A DNA stretch of 64,000 nt from Candidatus Shapirobacteria bacterium (GCA_043822685.1 JBDRBL010000003.1:4659-68658), one strand, 5' to 3'. Shown: positions 7,694 to 18,721, counted from the first letter of the stretch. Notes: a model not told the origin generated them from the sequence alone. A program made the numbers and translations.

Positions 7694-8271
7694 AAAAACT
7701 AAAGATTTGCGTTTCCGGCTCGGCGGGCGGGTACACTCAAGAGGCGGCTTCGATTGCCAAAGTGGTGGGGGCGGAGATTGCCCGTCGGGGGCATGCGATT
7801 GTTACCGGCGCAACTCACGGTATTCCCCATTTGGCGGCGGCGGCGGCTAAAAAAGCCGGTGGGGTGAGTATCGGCATTTCGCCGGCGGCTTCAGAGGCGG
7901 AGCATGTTGGCAAGTATCTTTTGCCCGGGGACAAGATTTTTGATTACGTTATTTATACTAAAGCCGGCTACACCGGTCGTAATTTATTGATGGTCAGAAG
8001 CTGTGATGCCACGATTGTGATTAACGGGCGAATGGGAACATTAAACGAATTTACCTGTGCTTTTGAAGAAAACGAAATTGTTTGTGTAATGAAAAATACC
8101 GGCGGTATTGCCGCTATTGTTCGCACGATTTTGCGGGTAGCCAACAAAGGCACGCGTAAAGTTTTTTATGAGACCGATCCGATCAAAGCAGTGGAAGAGG
8201 TGATTCGTCGTGTTAATCAGGAGAAAAAAAACGAAAAGAAGTTTCATTTGGAGTTTGAGGATATCGGCTGA
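7690..8271 (+). CDS. LOG / TIGR00725-type Rossmann-fold nucleotide-binding protein
   Basis: ICVSGSAGG...VTGATHGIPHLAAAAA...RNLLMVRSCDATIVINGRMGTLNEF pattern of the LOG/YgdH-like family. Confidence 0.5.
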   Translation: MKKLKICVSGSAGGYTQEAASIAKVVGAEIARRGHAIVTGATHGIPHLAAAAAKKAGGVSIGISPAASEAEHVGKYLLPGDKIFDYVIYTKAGYTGRNLLMVRSCDATIVINGRMGTLNEFTCAFEENEIVCVMKNTGGIAAIVRTILRVANKGTRKVFYETDPIKAVEEVIRRVNQEKKNEKKFHLEFEDIG

Positions 8272-9198
8272 ATGAAGTTACCGAGCATTAAAGATTTGGC
8301 GATCAAAAATAAGCGAGTTTTGCTCCGGGTCAATTATGATTTGCCTTCTTTAAGTGATACTTCTCGAGTTGATGAGTCTTTGCCCACGATTAAATATCTT
8401 TTGAGACAAAATGCAAAAATTACTTTGATTTCTCATTCGAAGTCTAGCCTAAAACCGGTTGCCGCCTATTTATCTAAACTTCTTCCCGGAGTGAAAGATT
8501 GTTATTTGCGGGAAAATCTGCGTTTTGACCCGCGCGAGGAGGCCAATGATCCTAGTTTTGCTAAAGAAATAGCTTGTGACAAAGATTTTTTTATCAATGA
8601 TGCCTTTGCGGTTTCCCACCGGAAGCATGCCTCCATTGTGGGTTTACCGAAAATTTTACCCACAGCCTTTGGTTTTGATTTTTTGGAGGAGATTGAAAAT
8701 TTATCTAAAATTTTAGAGAATCCAGCTCGACCAAATGTTTTAATTATCGGTGGAGCAAAAGAAGATAAATTGGCGGATTTAACTAAATTGGCGGCAAAAT
8801 TCGATCAAGTTTTAATTGGCGGCCGGTTGCCAGTCCTTGTTAGCAATCAACTATCAATCATGAATAATCTTGTCATTGCTAAACTAAATTCAAGGGGAAA
8901 AGATATCTCAAGAGACTCAATCGAGCAGTTTAAAAAAATTATTGTTGGAGCACGAACGGTTGTTTTATCCGGACCGATGGGTTGCTATGAAGAAGAAGGT
9001 TCGGAAACAGGGACGAAAGCGGTTTTTGAGACAATTGCTCGAGGCCCTGCTTTTAGTGTGGCTGGCGGCGGAGATACAGAAATGGCGTTGGTAAAATTTG
9101 CTCTCAAGGACAAAATCGGTTATATTTCTTCTGGAGGGGGAGCAATGTTAGCTTTTTTAGCTAACGGCACTTTGCCGGGAATTGAGGCGGTTTTATGA
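8272..9198 (+). CDS. pgk: phosphoglycerate kinase (short form)
   Basis: N-terminal KRVLLRVNYDLP and C-terminal GGGAMLAFLANGTLPGIEAV PGK signatures. Confidence 0.75.
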   Translation: MKLPSIKDLAIKNKRVLLRVNYDLPSLSDTSRVDESLPTIKYLLRQNAKITLISHSKSSLKPVAAYLSKLLPGVKDCYLRENLRFDPREEANDPSFAKEIACDKDFFINDAFAVSHRKHASIVGLPKILPTAFGFDFLEEIENLSKILENPARPNVLIIGGAKEDKLADLTKLAAKFDQVLIGGRLPVLVSNQLSIMNNLVIAKLNSRGKDISRDSIEQFKKIIVGARTVVLSGPMGCYEEEGSETGTKAVFETIARGPAFSVAGGGDTEMALVKFALKDKIGYISSGGGAMLAFLANGTLPGIEAVL

Positions 9199-10169
9199 TT
9201 AAGATTGGCATTAATGGCTTTGGGCGGATCGGTCGAGTCGTGCTCCGCGCGATTTTGGAGCGTTATTCTGATCAAATTGAAGTTGTGCTGATCAATGCCT
9301 CCGATTCGATGACTCAAGCCGGCTGGTTACATCTTTTAAAACATGATTCGGTTTATGGTCTTTTTTCCAAAGGGGTAGCGATTCCTTTTTCTTTTCAACG
9401 TGATCCGGCTCTGATTCCCTGGCAGGATTTCGGAGTTCAGGTGGTTTTGGAATGTACCGGGGCCTTCCGTAATAAAGAGGCCTTGGAAGCCCATCTTCGC
9501 GGCAACAATCTTAAGGTTGTTGTTTCTGCTCCGGCCAAGGGAGTAGAAACTTATGTTTTGGGAGTCAATGATCAAAATTATCAAGGGGCTAAAATTATCA
9601 GTAACGCCTCCTGTACTACTAACTGTATTGCCCCGATCACTAAAATTGTCTGGGATAATTTAGGGATTCAAAAAGCGATTATGAGCACGGCACACGCGGT
9701 TACGGCCGATCAGGAATTGGTGGACGGTTCAAATAAAGATTGGCGTCGGGCTCGATCAGCTTTGACCAACGTTGTTCCGACTTCGACCGGGGCGGCAATT
9801 GCTGTCACCGAGGTGTTACCCATGCTAAAAGGTCTTTTTGGCGGGTTGGCTTATCGAGTTCCCGTTAGTTGTGGTTCTTTGGCCGATTTAACTCTTGTTA
9901 CCACCAAACGGACAACCTCAGAGCAGATCAATGAGATTTTTACCATGGCAGCCAAGAATCAATACAAAAATTTGGTTCAGGTAACAGAAGAACAACTGGT
10001 TTCGCATGATATTATTGGTAATCCCGCCTCCGCCATTGTCGATTTAAATTTAACTCAAGTGATTGATGGTGATTTAGTCAAGATAGTTGCTTGGTACGAT
10101 AACGAGTATGGTTATTCTTGCCGTTTAGTCGAAATGGCATTAATGGTAATCGAAAATGACGCGAAGTAA
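9195..10169 (+). CDS. gap: glyceraldehyde-3-phosphate dehydrogenase
   Basis: INGFGRIGR NAD-binding motif; SNASCTTNC active site; WYDNEYGYS. Confidence 0.9.
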   Translation: MIKIGINGFGRIGRVVLRAILERYSDQIEVVLINASDSMTQAGWLHLLKHDSVYGLFSKGVAIPFSFQRDPALIPWQDFGVQVVLECTGAFRNKEALEAHLRGNNLKVVVSAPAKGVETYVLGVNDQNYQGAKIISNASCTTNCIAPITKIVWDNLGIQKAIMSTAHAVTADQELVDGSNKDWRRARSALTNVVPTSTGAAIAVTEVLPMLKGLFGGLAYRVPVSCGSLADLTLVTTKRTTSEQINEIFTMAAKNQYKNLVQVTEEQLVSHDIIGNPASAIVDLNLTQVIDGDLVKIVAWYDNEYGYSCRLVEMALMVIENDAK

Positions 10170-10839
10170 ACTGGCCAGTTATCTTGATTTGGCGAATCAT
10201 CATGCCAATGCTGTCCCTGACGACATTAAAAAGCTTTGTGATGATGTTAAAAAATTTGGTTTTCACACTGCCTTTGTTAATCCTTGTTATATTGGTTTGG
10301 TTCGCGAGTGCCTTTTTGACAGCAGAAGCAAGATTGGAACGGTTATTGCCTTTCCTTTGGGCCAAGAAACGAGTGAGATCAAAAATATTGCTACTCTTGG
10401 CGCGGTTAACGAAGGCGCTGATGAGTTGGATATCTGTATGAATGTTGGTCTTTTTAAAGCCGGCAAGTTTACTGTGGTCAGAAACGAAATGCGCAAACTT
10501 GTAGATACCGCCAAAAGCTTTAAACCCAAGACGGTCGTTAAGTTTATTATTGAAACCGGTTATCTGACCGGTGATGAAATTCGTAAAGCCTCTCAGTTGG
10601 TTGTTGAGTCAGGCGCCGATTTTGTTAAGACTTGTTCCGGGTTGGGGCCGCGTGGGGCCAAATTAGAAGACGTTTCTCTAATCAAGGGAGTGGTAGGAGA
10701 CAAAGTGAAGATCAAAGTCGCAGGGGGGATTACCACTCTCCAGCAGGTGAAGGATTTCCTCGATTGGGGTGCGGATAGGATCGGCACTTCTCATGCGGTG
10801 GAGATTTATAACGAATTCTTAAAAACAAGTCAAAAATAA
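10156..10839 (+). CDS. deoC: deoxyribose-phosphate aldolase (DeoC family)
   Basis: FVKTCSGLG Schiff-base lysine region, KVAGGITT, FVNPCYI. Confidence 0.7.
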   Translation: MTRSKLASYLDLANHHANAVPDDIKKLCDDVKKFGFHTAFVNPCYIGLVRECLFDSRSKIGTVIAFPLGQETSEIKNIATLGAVNEGADELDICMNVGLFKAGKFTVVRNEMRKLVDTAKSFKPKTVVKFIIETGYLTGDEIRKASQLVVESGADFVKTCSGLGPRGAKLEDVSLIKGVVGDKVKIKVAGGITTLQQVKDFLDWGADRIGTSHAVEIYNEFLKTSQK

Positions 10840-11700
10840 ATGATGAATACACGGGAGATTTTGGTAAAAGCTAGGGAGGAAAAACGAGCCATTGGGGCGT
10901 TTAATGCCGGCAATTTGGAAATTGCCAAGGCGGTTTTGCAAGCGGCGCAAGTTAAACAAACTCCGATTATTATTCAAACTTCAGCCAAGGAAGCGCTTCA
11001 TTTTGGGATGAAGAATTTTTTGGCGGTAGTTGATAATTTTCGGGAAGAAACCGGTTTGGCTATTTTAACTAATCTTGACCACGGTCCGGATTTGGAAACC
11101 TGTCAGAAAGCGATCGAGTTGGGTTACGACCTGATTCACTTTGATGGCTCGTGCTTAAGCTGGGAAGAAAATTTACGAATTACTCAAGATTTGGTCAAAT
11201 TAGCCCACGCACACGCTCTTTTGCTGGAAGGAGAGATTGATGCCATTATGGGAAGTGAAGAAGCGGGAGAGATTAATTATACCGATCCGCGTCAAGCGGC
11301 GGATTTTGTTGGCCAGACCGGTTGTGATTTGTTGGCGGTTTTTGTCGGCAATCGTCATGGTATTTGTCCGGAAGGAGAACCATTGGCTTTAAACCGCCTT
11401 GGCCAAATTGCCGCTCAAATTGATTGTTTTTTGACCTTGCATGGTGGTTCAGGGATTGCCTCTGATCAAATTCATCAGGCGATTAATTTGGGAGTGGTCA
11501 AAATCAACGTTAATACCGAATTGCGTTTGGCTTACAAGGAGACATTAGAGAACGTTTTGCGTGGTTCGGAAGAAGTCGCTGTGCATCAGCTGATGCCTCC
11601 CGTAATGGCCGCGGTGCAAAAAGTGGTCGAGGAAAAGATTGATTTGTTCAACAACCAATTTTCCCCCGGTGATATTCCTCACTTAAAACCAGAGATTTAA
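10840..11700 (+). CDS. fba: class II fructose-bisphosphate aldolase
   Basis: GAFN...IIQTS N-terminus, LDHG, LHGGSG motifs of class II ketose-bisphosphate aldolases. Confidence 0.8.
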   Translation: MMNTREILVKAREEKRAIGAFNAGNLEIAKAVLQAAQVKQTPIIIQTSAKEALHFGMKNFLAVVDNFREETGLAILTNLDHGPDLETCQKAIELGYDLIHFDGSCLSWEENLRITQDLVKLAHAHALLLEGEIDAIMGSEEAGEINYTDPRQAADFVGQTGCDLLAVFVGNRHGICPEGEPLALNRLGQIAAQIDCFLTLHGGSGIASDQIHQAINLGVVKINVNTELRLAYKETLENVLRGSEEVAVHQLMPPVMAAVQKVVEEKIDLFNNQFSPGDIPHLKPEI

Positions 11701-12022
11701 AAATGAAATTCTCTTTTAAAATTTCTCGACCGCAATTACGTGTTTTTTCGGCCGTTTGCTCCGATTTTGCCGTTTTCTGGCTTGGAGCAATGCTTGCTAC
11801 CAGAGACATTCCAACCTTGATTACCAATCTATTTTTTGCTACAGTATCAATAGATTTAGCAGTGAGAGCAGAAACGATTTTGGAGGAAATATGATTGATT
11901 TAACTCCGACAATTAATTTAGCGCAGATTGCCTTTGCTTTTGGTTTATTGTCCGTGGCGGTTCTGTATTACGTCTTTGCCAAAAAACCACTCGTCCCACC
12001 CAAAAAGTCCAAGAAATAACTT

Positions 12023-12403
12023 TTAGTGTTTTTCGGTCTCGGCGGCATCGGCTTCGGCTTTGGTTTTTTGGGCCCGATCGGCCGGGTGATTGGGTGGGCT
12101 GTAGATGGTATACAACTTTAATGGCCCTATACCGCTGTTAACAATGTTGTGTTGGGTGCCTCGAGGCACCACAATCGCAAAACCATCACTTACTAACGCT
12201 TCCTCACCGTTCATTATTACCTTGCCCTCGCCTTGTTCGATGCGGAAAAACTGATCAACGGTGTCGTGTACCTCCATACCAATTTCCTCATTGGGCTGCA
12301 AGCACATCAAAACTAACTGCTGACCAACACTTGTGTTAATCACTTTACGAAAATAATCGTTTTGCAGGGTCATCTCTTCGATTTTGCCAATAAATCCGAT
12401 CAT
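12023..12403 (-). CDS. cupin domain protein
   Basis: cupin beta-barrel motifs (GMEVHDTVDQFFRIEQGEG...VVPRGTQHNIVN); about 126 aa. Confidence 0.6.
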   Translation of the reverse strand: MIGFIGKIEEMTLQNDYFRKVINTSVGQQLVLMCLQPNEEIGMEVHDTVDQFFRIEQGEGKVIMNGEEALVSDGFAIVVPRGTQHNIVNSGIGPLKLYTIYSPPNHPADRAQKTKAEADAAETEKH

Positions 12404-12460
12404 GTATCCTCCTTATTTTTTAACATTTTTATTGTAGCAAAAATAGAGTAAAATAAAAAC

Positions 12461-13324
12461 ATGAAATTCGATGTTGTTTCTTTTGGCTCGGCCATTTGGG
12501 ATGTTTTTTTGTCGGTTGATAAAGTTGAATGGGGGAGTAAAAACGAAATTAAGGCCTTGGTTATGGGTAGTGGTGGCGGGAGTACCAATACGGCGGTAGG
12601 CATGGCGCGGTTGGGTTTAAAAACGGCGGTCGTGGGGCGGTGTGGTCAGGATGAGTTTGGTCGACGGATTGGTGACGAGTTAGAAAGAGAAAAAGTTAGT
12701 CTTCGTTTCTTGGTTGAATGCCGGGGAGAAGCGACCGATTACTCGACGATTTTGGTTGAAGCCAACGGCCGCTCAACCCCTTTAATTTATCGCGGCCCGA
12801 CTCGTTTGGAAGAAAAATTGATCAACTGGTCGGGTCTCAAAAAAACTTCTTGGTTTTGTCTTTCTTCTTTAGAGGGAAATTTGGGTCTGCTGGCGAAAAT
12901 TCTTTTTTTTGCTCGGCAAAACCGGATCAAAGTGGCAATCAATCCCGGCGCTCGCGAGCTTGCCCATGCGAGTCAACTTTTAGATTTGATCAAAGGAGTT
13001 GAGGTTCTGATTGTCAACGAAGAAGAGTCTCGCCAGTTAAAAAGCCAAAATGAGGGAATTTTTGTTATTACCAAAGGTGCTCGCGGTGCCGAACTTTATC
13101 AAACCGGTGAACATCTGTTTGAACCGGCGGCCAGAAAAGTAACCATGATTGACGCGACCGGTGCCGGTGATGCTTTTACCGCCGGCTTTTTGGTTGGCCT
13201 GATTAATGGCTCTGATCCCCGTCGTGCTTTGCGCTTGGGTTTGGCCAACGGCGCTTCGGTAGTGACCCAGGTTGGCGCAAAAACCGGTCTTTTGAGAGAA
13301 AATGAAATTGAGAAATGGATTTAG
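12461..13324 (+). CDS. PfkB-family carbohydrate kinase (ribokinase-like)
   Basis: C-terminal DATGAGDAFTAGFL PfkB signature; N-terminal Gly-rich loop. Confidence 0.75.
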   Translation: MKFDVVSFGSAIWDVFLSVDKVEWGSKNEIKALVMGSGGGSTNTAVGMARLGLKTAVVGRCGQDEFGRRIGDELEREKVSLRFLVECRGEATDYSTILVEANGRSTPLIYRGPTRLEEKLINWSGLKKTSWFCLSSLEGNLGLLAKILFFARQNRIKVAINPGARELAHASQLLDLIKGVEVLIVNEEESRQLKSQNEGIFVITKGARGAELYQTGEHLFEPAARKVTMIDATGAGDAFTAGFLVGLINGSDPRRALRLGLANGASVVTQVGAKTGLLRENEIEKWI

Positions 13325-13333
13325 TTTTTTATT

Positions 13334-14224
13334 ATGATTGATTTGCATACCCATACCACTATGTCGGACGGGGTTTTGTCACCGGAACAATTAGTAGAAA
13401 AAGCCAAAGAAAAAGGTCTATCCGCTTTAGGGATTGCTGATCATGATTCGGTTGAAGGCGTAGCCGCGGCTCAAGCGGCGAGTAAGGAATGTGCTTTGGA
13501 GATTGTTCCGTGCATGGAATTGTCCTGTTATTGGCTGGAACGAAACCGGAAAGAATTTCACCTTTTGGGTTATTATTGTAATCAGCAAAATGGGGAATTG
13601 ATCGAGAGATTGGAATTTTTTCGTCAAGAACGTTTGCGCCGCGCCCAAAAATCCTTAAAGCTCTTAAACGATTTAGGTTATTTTGGTGATTGGGATTATT
13701 TGATTAAAATGGCCGTTGGCACGGTTGGTCGACCTCATCTGGCTCGTACTGTTTTGGAAAATCCTCAAAATCGAGAGAAATTGGTTAAGGAGTTTGGTCA
13801 ACTTCCTCATCTTGGTCAATTTATCGAAAAATACCTTATTTTTGGCCAATCTGCCTATGTCGAAAAAGCCGGTTTTGAACCAGATAAGGCGATTAAATTA
13901 ATTCATCAGGCGGGTGGAGTGGCGATTTTGGCTCACCCGTGTTTTGACTTAGAAATGGAGGTAGAGGATACATTGAAAATTTTTAAAGAATGGGAACTCG
14001 ACGGCCTGGAAGCGATTGCTCCTTACAAAAATCCACCGGAAACCAAGATTAAAATCGATTTTTTTTTAAAAATGGCTCGAAAATTTAATTTTTTGGTTAC
14101 CGGCGGTTCCGATTATCACGGCTTGGATGGTGTTGGCGCTGGCCTTGGTCTGCTCGAGTGGGGCTTGAGTATTGATGACCAATATTTAGTTGACTTAAAA
14201 ACATGCCTGGAATCAAAAAGATAA
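13334..14224 (+). CDS. PHP-domain metal-dependent phosphoesterase
   Basis: MIDLHTHTTMSDG and GIADHD PHP motifs. Confidence 0.7.
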   Translation: MIDLHTHTTMSDGVLSPEQLVEKAKEKGLSALGIADHDSVEGVAAAQAASKECALEIVPCMELSCYWLERNRKEFHLLGYYCNQQNGELIERLEFFRQERLRRAQKSLKLLNDLGYFGDWDYLIKMAVGTVGRPHLARTVLENPQNREKLVKEFGQLPHLGQFIEKYLIFGQSAYVEKAGFEPDKAIKLIHQAGGVAILAHPCFDLEMEVEDTLKIFKEWELDGLEAIAPYKNPPETKIKIDFFLKMARKFNFLVTGGSDYHGLDGVGAGLGLLEWGLSIDDQYLVDLKTCLESKR

Positions 14225-14369
14225 TTCCCGGTAAAAAGAAGGGTCAATATTCCGGTAGTCGCCGTGGGGTTTTGCTGGTTTTTGCGCTTACTCTCCTTTT
14301 GGCCTTTTGTCTTTACCTTGTGCCGATGTTGCTGGCATTTTGGCAGCGTTTTACCGCTCCGGCTTTTGT

Positions 14370-16478
14370 TTAGAGCGATTGTGTCGGGGAGGGAGCAGGA
14401 GAGGGACAGTGATACTTTGGGGCGGTACCGGCCAAAAAGAGTTCTTTCTTCCTCGTGGGTGAACAAATCTCTGTTTCCTCCATCCCTTCCGGTCTTGGCC
14501 AGCCCCGGTTTTCTTTTAAAATCAGATTCATAATTTTGTTCCAAATCGGTGAAGCACCGGTAATTCCCGATGCCACATAGCTCATCGGCGAATTGTCATT
14601 ATTGCCTACCCATACCGCGGTCAAAAAGTCCGGCGTGTAGCCAATCGTCCAGTTGTCCCGGCGGTTTTGAGTTGTGCCGGTTTTAACGGCGACGTTAGGA
14701 AAGTCTTTGATGTTCAGCCACGAATGTATCCCAAACGCCGGTGACCGCGCTTCTGGATCAGCCAAAATATCGGTTAAAAGATAAGCAATTCGTTCGTCCA
14801 TCACCTTTTCTTTTTTAACGGTCATTTTTTCTAAACTCTGTCCACGCGCGTTTTTCACTTCCAAAATCGGGTTTAGTTCTACTTTTTGTCCCAGATTAGC
14901 TAAAGCGCCGTAAACTACGGCCATATCCGTCATTTTTACTTCGCCCCCGCCCAAAGTTAAGGATAAACCAAAACGTGATCGCTCTTTCCAAGTTGTAATT
15001 CCCATTTTTTCTCCCTGATCAATCATTCTGTTGACTCCCAGCGCGGCCAGCACTTTAACTGCCGGTACGTTATAGGATGAAGCTAGCGCTACCCGTAGCA
15101 CTACCTCGCCGTGAAACCGGTCGTCATAGTTGTTGGGTGAATACGGCGGCTGGCCGGCGACCTCGTAAGTGATGGGTGTGTCCGACAATAAGGTTGCGGC
15201 GGTAAAGCCATTGGCCAAAGCTACAGCGTAATTAATCGGTTTAATTGCCGAGCCTGGTTGGCGGGAGCGGGTTGTTACATTGACATTGCCGTCATTTTCC
15301 AAATCGAAATAGTCTTTTGATCCGACCATGGCCAGTATCTCTCCCGTTTCTGGCCTAGTTACCAAAGCCGCCCCGTTGCTGATTTTTAACGGTTCGATCT
15401 TGCCGATTTCCTCGCTGACAATTTTTTGTACTTTTTTTTGTAACTCCAGATCCAGCGAGGTGTAAACTTCCAGTCCGCCGCTTTCCACCATCGGCTGGCC
15501 ATATTTTTGCTCCAACAGCTCTCTAATGTACATCACGTAATGCGGCGCCTGAATTTCATTTCGCTGTGGCGCGAAATGCACCTCCTCCTTTTTGGTTGCT
15601 TCTTCCGCTTCCTTAGTAATAAACTTTTCTTCTCTCATTCGGCGAAGGACTTCTTCCTGCCTCTGTTTTGCCAATTCCGGGTTAGCGCCAAATGGTGAAT
15701 AAGTCGTTGGTGAAGCCGGTAATCCGGCCAGCAGTGCCGCTTCAGCCAAGTTTAGTTTCGCGGCTGGTTTATCAAAATAACTCCAGCTGGCCTCCTCAAT
15801 TCCGTAAGCCGTTCCGCCAAAGCCTACCTCGTTTAAATACATCTGCATAATTTCGTCCTTGGAAAATTGCCACTCTACCCTCAAGGCCAGTAAGATTTCC
15901 CTGATCTTGCGTGACCAGGTTTTTTCCGGAGTCAAGAGCGCATTTTTGACCAATTGTTGAGTAATCGTTGACCCGCCAACCAACTTTTGTTCCCGAATAT
16001 TTTTCCAAGCGGCTCGAAAAATTCCCTTTAAGGACAAGCCGCGGTGTCGATAAAACTCGGCATCTTCAATGGCGACCACTGCCTGCACTAGGTGAATCGG
16101 CAACTCGTTTATTTTGATCAGTGTTCGGCTTTGGCTGCGGTAAATTTTGTAGAGCAATTGACCGTTGCGATCATAAATTTTGGTTGTCAATAAAGGCTGT
16201 CGGTTTATCAATTGATTTGGATCCGGTAAATCCCTCAAAATTAAAAAATAAAAGTTAAAAAATAAAAACAAAAATCCAACTAAAAAAGCGGGGACTAAAA
16301 TCTTTTTAAAATTAAATTTAAGTTTAGCTGGAGGAAAAACGATAACAGTTTTTTTACGAAGATAGCGAGGTTTTTTTTGACTGGCTTTTTCCAGCAGCCA
16401 AACAAGAAGCCTAAAAAAGGGCTGGCCTATTTTTTGCAAAAACAAAGCTATCGGTGAGCCTGTCCTTCGCCGCTTCAT
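14370..16478 (-). CDS. class A penicillin-binding protein (transglycosylase + transpeptidase)
   Basis: GT51 motifs EDAEFYRHRG, GGSTITQQLVKN; transpeptidase SxxK/KTG regions; N-terminal TM. Confidence 0.85.
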   Translation of the reverse strand: MKRRRTGSPIALFLQKIGQPFFRLLVWLLEKASQKKPRYLRKKTVIVFPPAKLKFNFKKILVPAFLVGFLFLFFNFYFLILRDLPDPNQLINRQPLLTTKIYDRNGQLLYKIYRSQSRTLIKINELPIHLVQAVVAIEDAEFYRHRGLSLKGIFRAAWKNIREQKLVGGSTITQQLVKNALLTPEKTWSRKIREILLALRVEWQFSKDEIMQMYLNEVGFGGTAYGIEEASWSYFDKPAAKLNLAEAALLAGLPASPTTYSPFGANPELAKQRQEEVLRRMREEKFITKEAEEATKKEEVHFAPQRNEIQAPHYVMYIRELLEQKYGQPMVESGGLEVYTSLDLELQKKVQKIVSEEIGKIEPLKISNGAALVTRPETGEILAMVGSKDYFDLENDGNVNVTTRSRQPGSAIKPINYAVALANGFTAATLLSDTPITYEVAGQPPYSPNNYDDRFHGEVVLRVALASSYNVPAVKVLAALGVNRMIDQGEKMGITTWKERSRFGLSLTLGGGEVKMTDMAVVYGALANLGQKVELNPILEVKNARGQSLEKMTVKKEKVMDERIAYLLTDILADPEARSPAFGIHSWLNIKDFPNVAVKTGTTQNRRDNWTIGYTPDFLTAVWVGNNDNSPMSYVASGITGASPIWNKIMNLILKENRGWPRPEGMEETEICSPTRKKELFLAGTAPKYHCPSPAPSPTQSL

Positions 16479-16537
16479 AGCCGTATTTTAACAGAGAATT
16501 ATTTTCTGGCAACAAGAAGAGATGGCAGATGAACGAA

Positions 16538-18721
16538 TTATAATACTGGGGCGGGATGGATGATATTTTCGATTTTAATAATTTCGGCTTGAGCGGGGAA
16601 GGGGCAATCAAGACAAAATTTAGTACTCAATGGATCGGTAATGATATTTTTTTCTTGAATTTCTTTATTTTCCGGTAAAGTCTGTTCGTTGGCTAAAGCA
16701 CCGGTTGTTTTATCAATTTCCACGCCTTGTTTTAAGTTTTCCATTGGAGGGAGAGTGTCAGTCAAAAAATACTCAAATCGCGTTTGACAAGGTGCTGCCG
16801 GATTGGGAGAAAAACCCGAAGTGGCGCAAATTTCTGCTCCCACCAGGCCCTCCGGCAGGGAGGGCCACTGCTCTTTTTTGTCCTTTAGGGCGTAACTGAT
16901 AATCTTGTTCCAAATTGGTGAGGCCCCGGTAACTCCCGAAGCCACATAGCTCATGGGCGAATTGTCATTGTTGCCCACCCAAGCAACTACCAGAGTGCTT
17001 GGCGTCCAGCCAATTGTCCAATTATCCCGCAAATCGTTTGTTGTGCCTGTTTTGACCGATACTTCCGGATGGTTTTTAACTGCCAGCCATGAACTGGTTC
17101 CGAAAGCGGCCGACCTGGCGCCATTATCCAGCAAGATGTGATTGATTAAATAAGCCACTTCCATTGGCAGGGCCCGTTTGCCTTCTTGGTCCGGCTGGTC
17201 AAAAATCACTTTTCCGCTAATATCCTCTACTTTTTTGATTGCCCACAAATCTTGACGAATTCCTAAGTTGGCGAAGGTTGAATAGGCGGTTGCCAAATCA
17301 TACATGGTCACTTCGCCCCCGCCCAAAGTTAAGGATAAGCCGTAATTTACCGGCTCTTTCCAGGTCGTTAACCCCATCTCTTTACCTTTAGCCACCACTT
17401 CTTCCAGCGTATTTAAAGCGAGCACTTTTACCGCGGGGATGTTATAAGAATTTGCTAAGGCAAATCGCACGGTCACTGGTCCGTGAAATTGGCCATCGTA
17501 ATTCACTGGACAATAATTCTTTTGACCAGCGACTTGAAAGCAGGTCGCGACATCATTCAAAACTGTTGCCGGGGTAATTAATTTTTTTTCCAAGGCGGCA
17601 GCGTAATTAACAGGCTTAATTGCCGAGCCTGGCTGTCTGGGTCGAGTAACAACGTTAACGTTGCCGTCGATTTCTTGATTAAAGTAATCTCTTGATCCGA
17701 TCATGGCCAAGATTTCTCCCGTTTCCGGCTTGGTCACTAGAACCGCCCCGTTGCTGATTTTTTGCTTAACCAGTTTAGCGGTTTCGCTAGCCACGGTGGT
17801 TTGTGCCCAATCTTGCAAATCCAGATCTAGTGTTGTCGTGACGGTTAAGCCTCCTTGGGCGACCATCTTTTCGCCATATTTTTCTACCAGCAAATCTTTG
17901 ACGTACAAAACAAAATGCGGCGCTTTCATCCGATTGTCCGGTTCGGCATAAACAAGATCTTCTTTTAGAATTTTTTCCTTCTCTTCCGGTTTTAATTTGC
18001 CCATTTCTATCATTTGCTGTAACACCAGCGCCTGCCTCTGTTTAGCCAATTCCGGGTGTGCCCCAAAAGGGGAAAAACGTGTCGGCGATACCGGCAAGCC
18101 AGCTAATAAAGCCGCCTCCGCTAGGCTCAATTCCCGGGCATGCTTGCCAAAATACATCTCGGCGGCGGTCTCAATTCCCCAAGCTGTCCCCCCATAAGGC
18201 GCCTGATTTAAATACATCTCTAAGATTTGATCCTTGGAATAACTTATCTCGGTTGCCGCGGTTAAAAAGGCCTCTCTGATCTTTCGTTTAATTGTTCTTT
18301 CCGGGGTTAGCAGTGAGTTTTTTACCAGTTGTTGGGTCAAGGTTGATCCGCCCTGCAATGATTTTTTGAAAATGGTGTTGTAAGCTGCTCGAGTGATTCC
18401 TTTTAAATCGAAGCCGTGGTGCTGGTAAAAATTTTTATCTTCGGCGGCCAGTGTTGCCCAAGGGATGTATTCCGGCAATTCGCTTAACTTGACCGGCGTT
18501 CGGTTTTTCTCCGCATAGATCTCATAAAGTACTTCCCCGTTTCGATCTAAAATCCGGCTCGATGCCGGCATGTTATTGTCTGTTAGGCGAGCAGGGGAGG
18601 GGAGATCAATGAAAACATAAACCAAACCGCCGGCCGCGGCCAGCGCCAGAATTGCCAATCTCCTTTTGAACCTCACGTTGAATATTATAGCATTCTGGTT
18701 TATCATTGCTTCAGTGACCAA
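16538..18721 (-). CDS. class A penicillin-binding protein, paralog of the adjacent PBP
   Basis: EDKNFYQHHG, GGSTLTQQLVKN; tandem with 14370-16478; start may instead be the MINQ Met at 18706. Confidence 0.85.
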   Translation of the reverse strand: MVTEAMINQNAIIFNVRFKRRLAILALAAAGGLVYVFIDLPSPARLTDNNMPASSRILDRNGEVLYEIYAEKNRTPVKLSELPEYIPWATLAAEDKNFYQHHGFDLKGITRAAYNTIFKKSLQGGSTLTQQLVKNSLLTPERTIKRKIREAFLTAATEISYSKDQILEMYLNQAPYGGTAWGIETAAEMYFGKHARELSLAEAALLAGLPVSPTRFSPFGAHPELAKQRQALVLQQMIEMGKLKPEEKEKILKEDLVYAEPDNRMKAPHFVLYVKDLLVEKYGEKMVAQGGLTVTTTLDLDLQDWAQTTVASETAKLVKQKISNGAVLVTKPETGEILAMIGSRDYFNQEIDGNVNVVTRPRQPGSAIKPVNYAAALEKKLITPATVLNDVATCFQVAGQKNYCPVNYDGQFHGPVTVRFALANSYNIPAVKVLALNTLEEVVAKGKEMGLTTWKEPVNYGLSLTLGGGEVTMYDLATAYSTFANLGIRQDLWAIKKVEDISGKVIFDQPDQEGKRALPMEVAYLINHILLDNGARSAAFGTSSWLAVKNHPEVSVKTGTTNDLRDNWTIGWTPSTLVVAWVGNNDNSPMSYVASGVTGASPIWNKIISYALKDKKEQWPSLPEGLVGAEICATSGFSPNPAAPCQTRFEYFLTDTLPPMENLKQGVEIDKTTGALANEQTLPENKEIQEKNIITDPLSTKFCLDCPFPAQAEIIKIENIIHPAPVL

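Noticed and set aside
14116-14544. ORFs 14116-14544 (-) and 14264-14533 (+)
   Set aside because: They overlap the 3-prime end of the PBP gene and of the PHP gene, have Pro/Ser/Arg-rich low-complexity translations and no start context. They are spurious.
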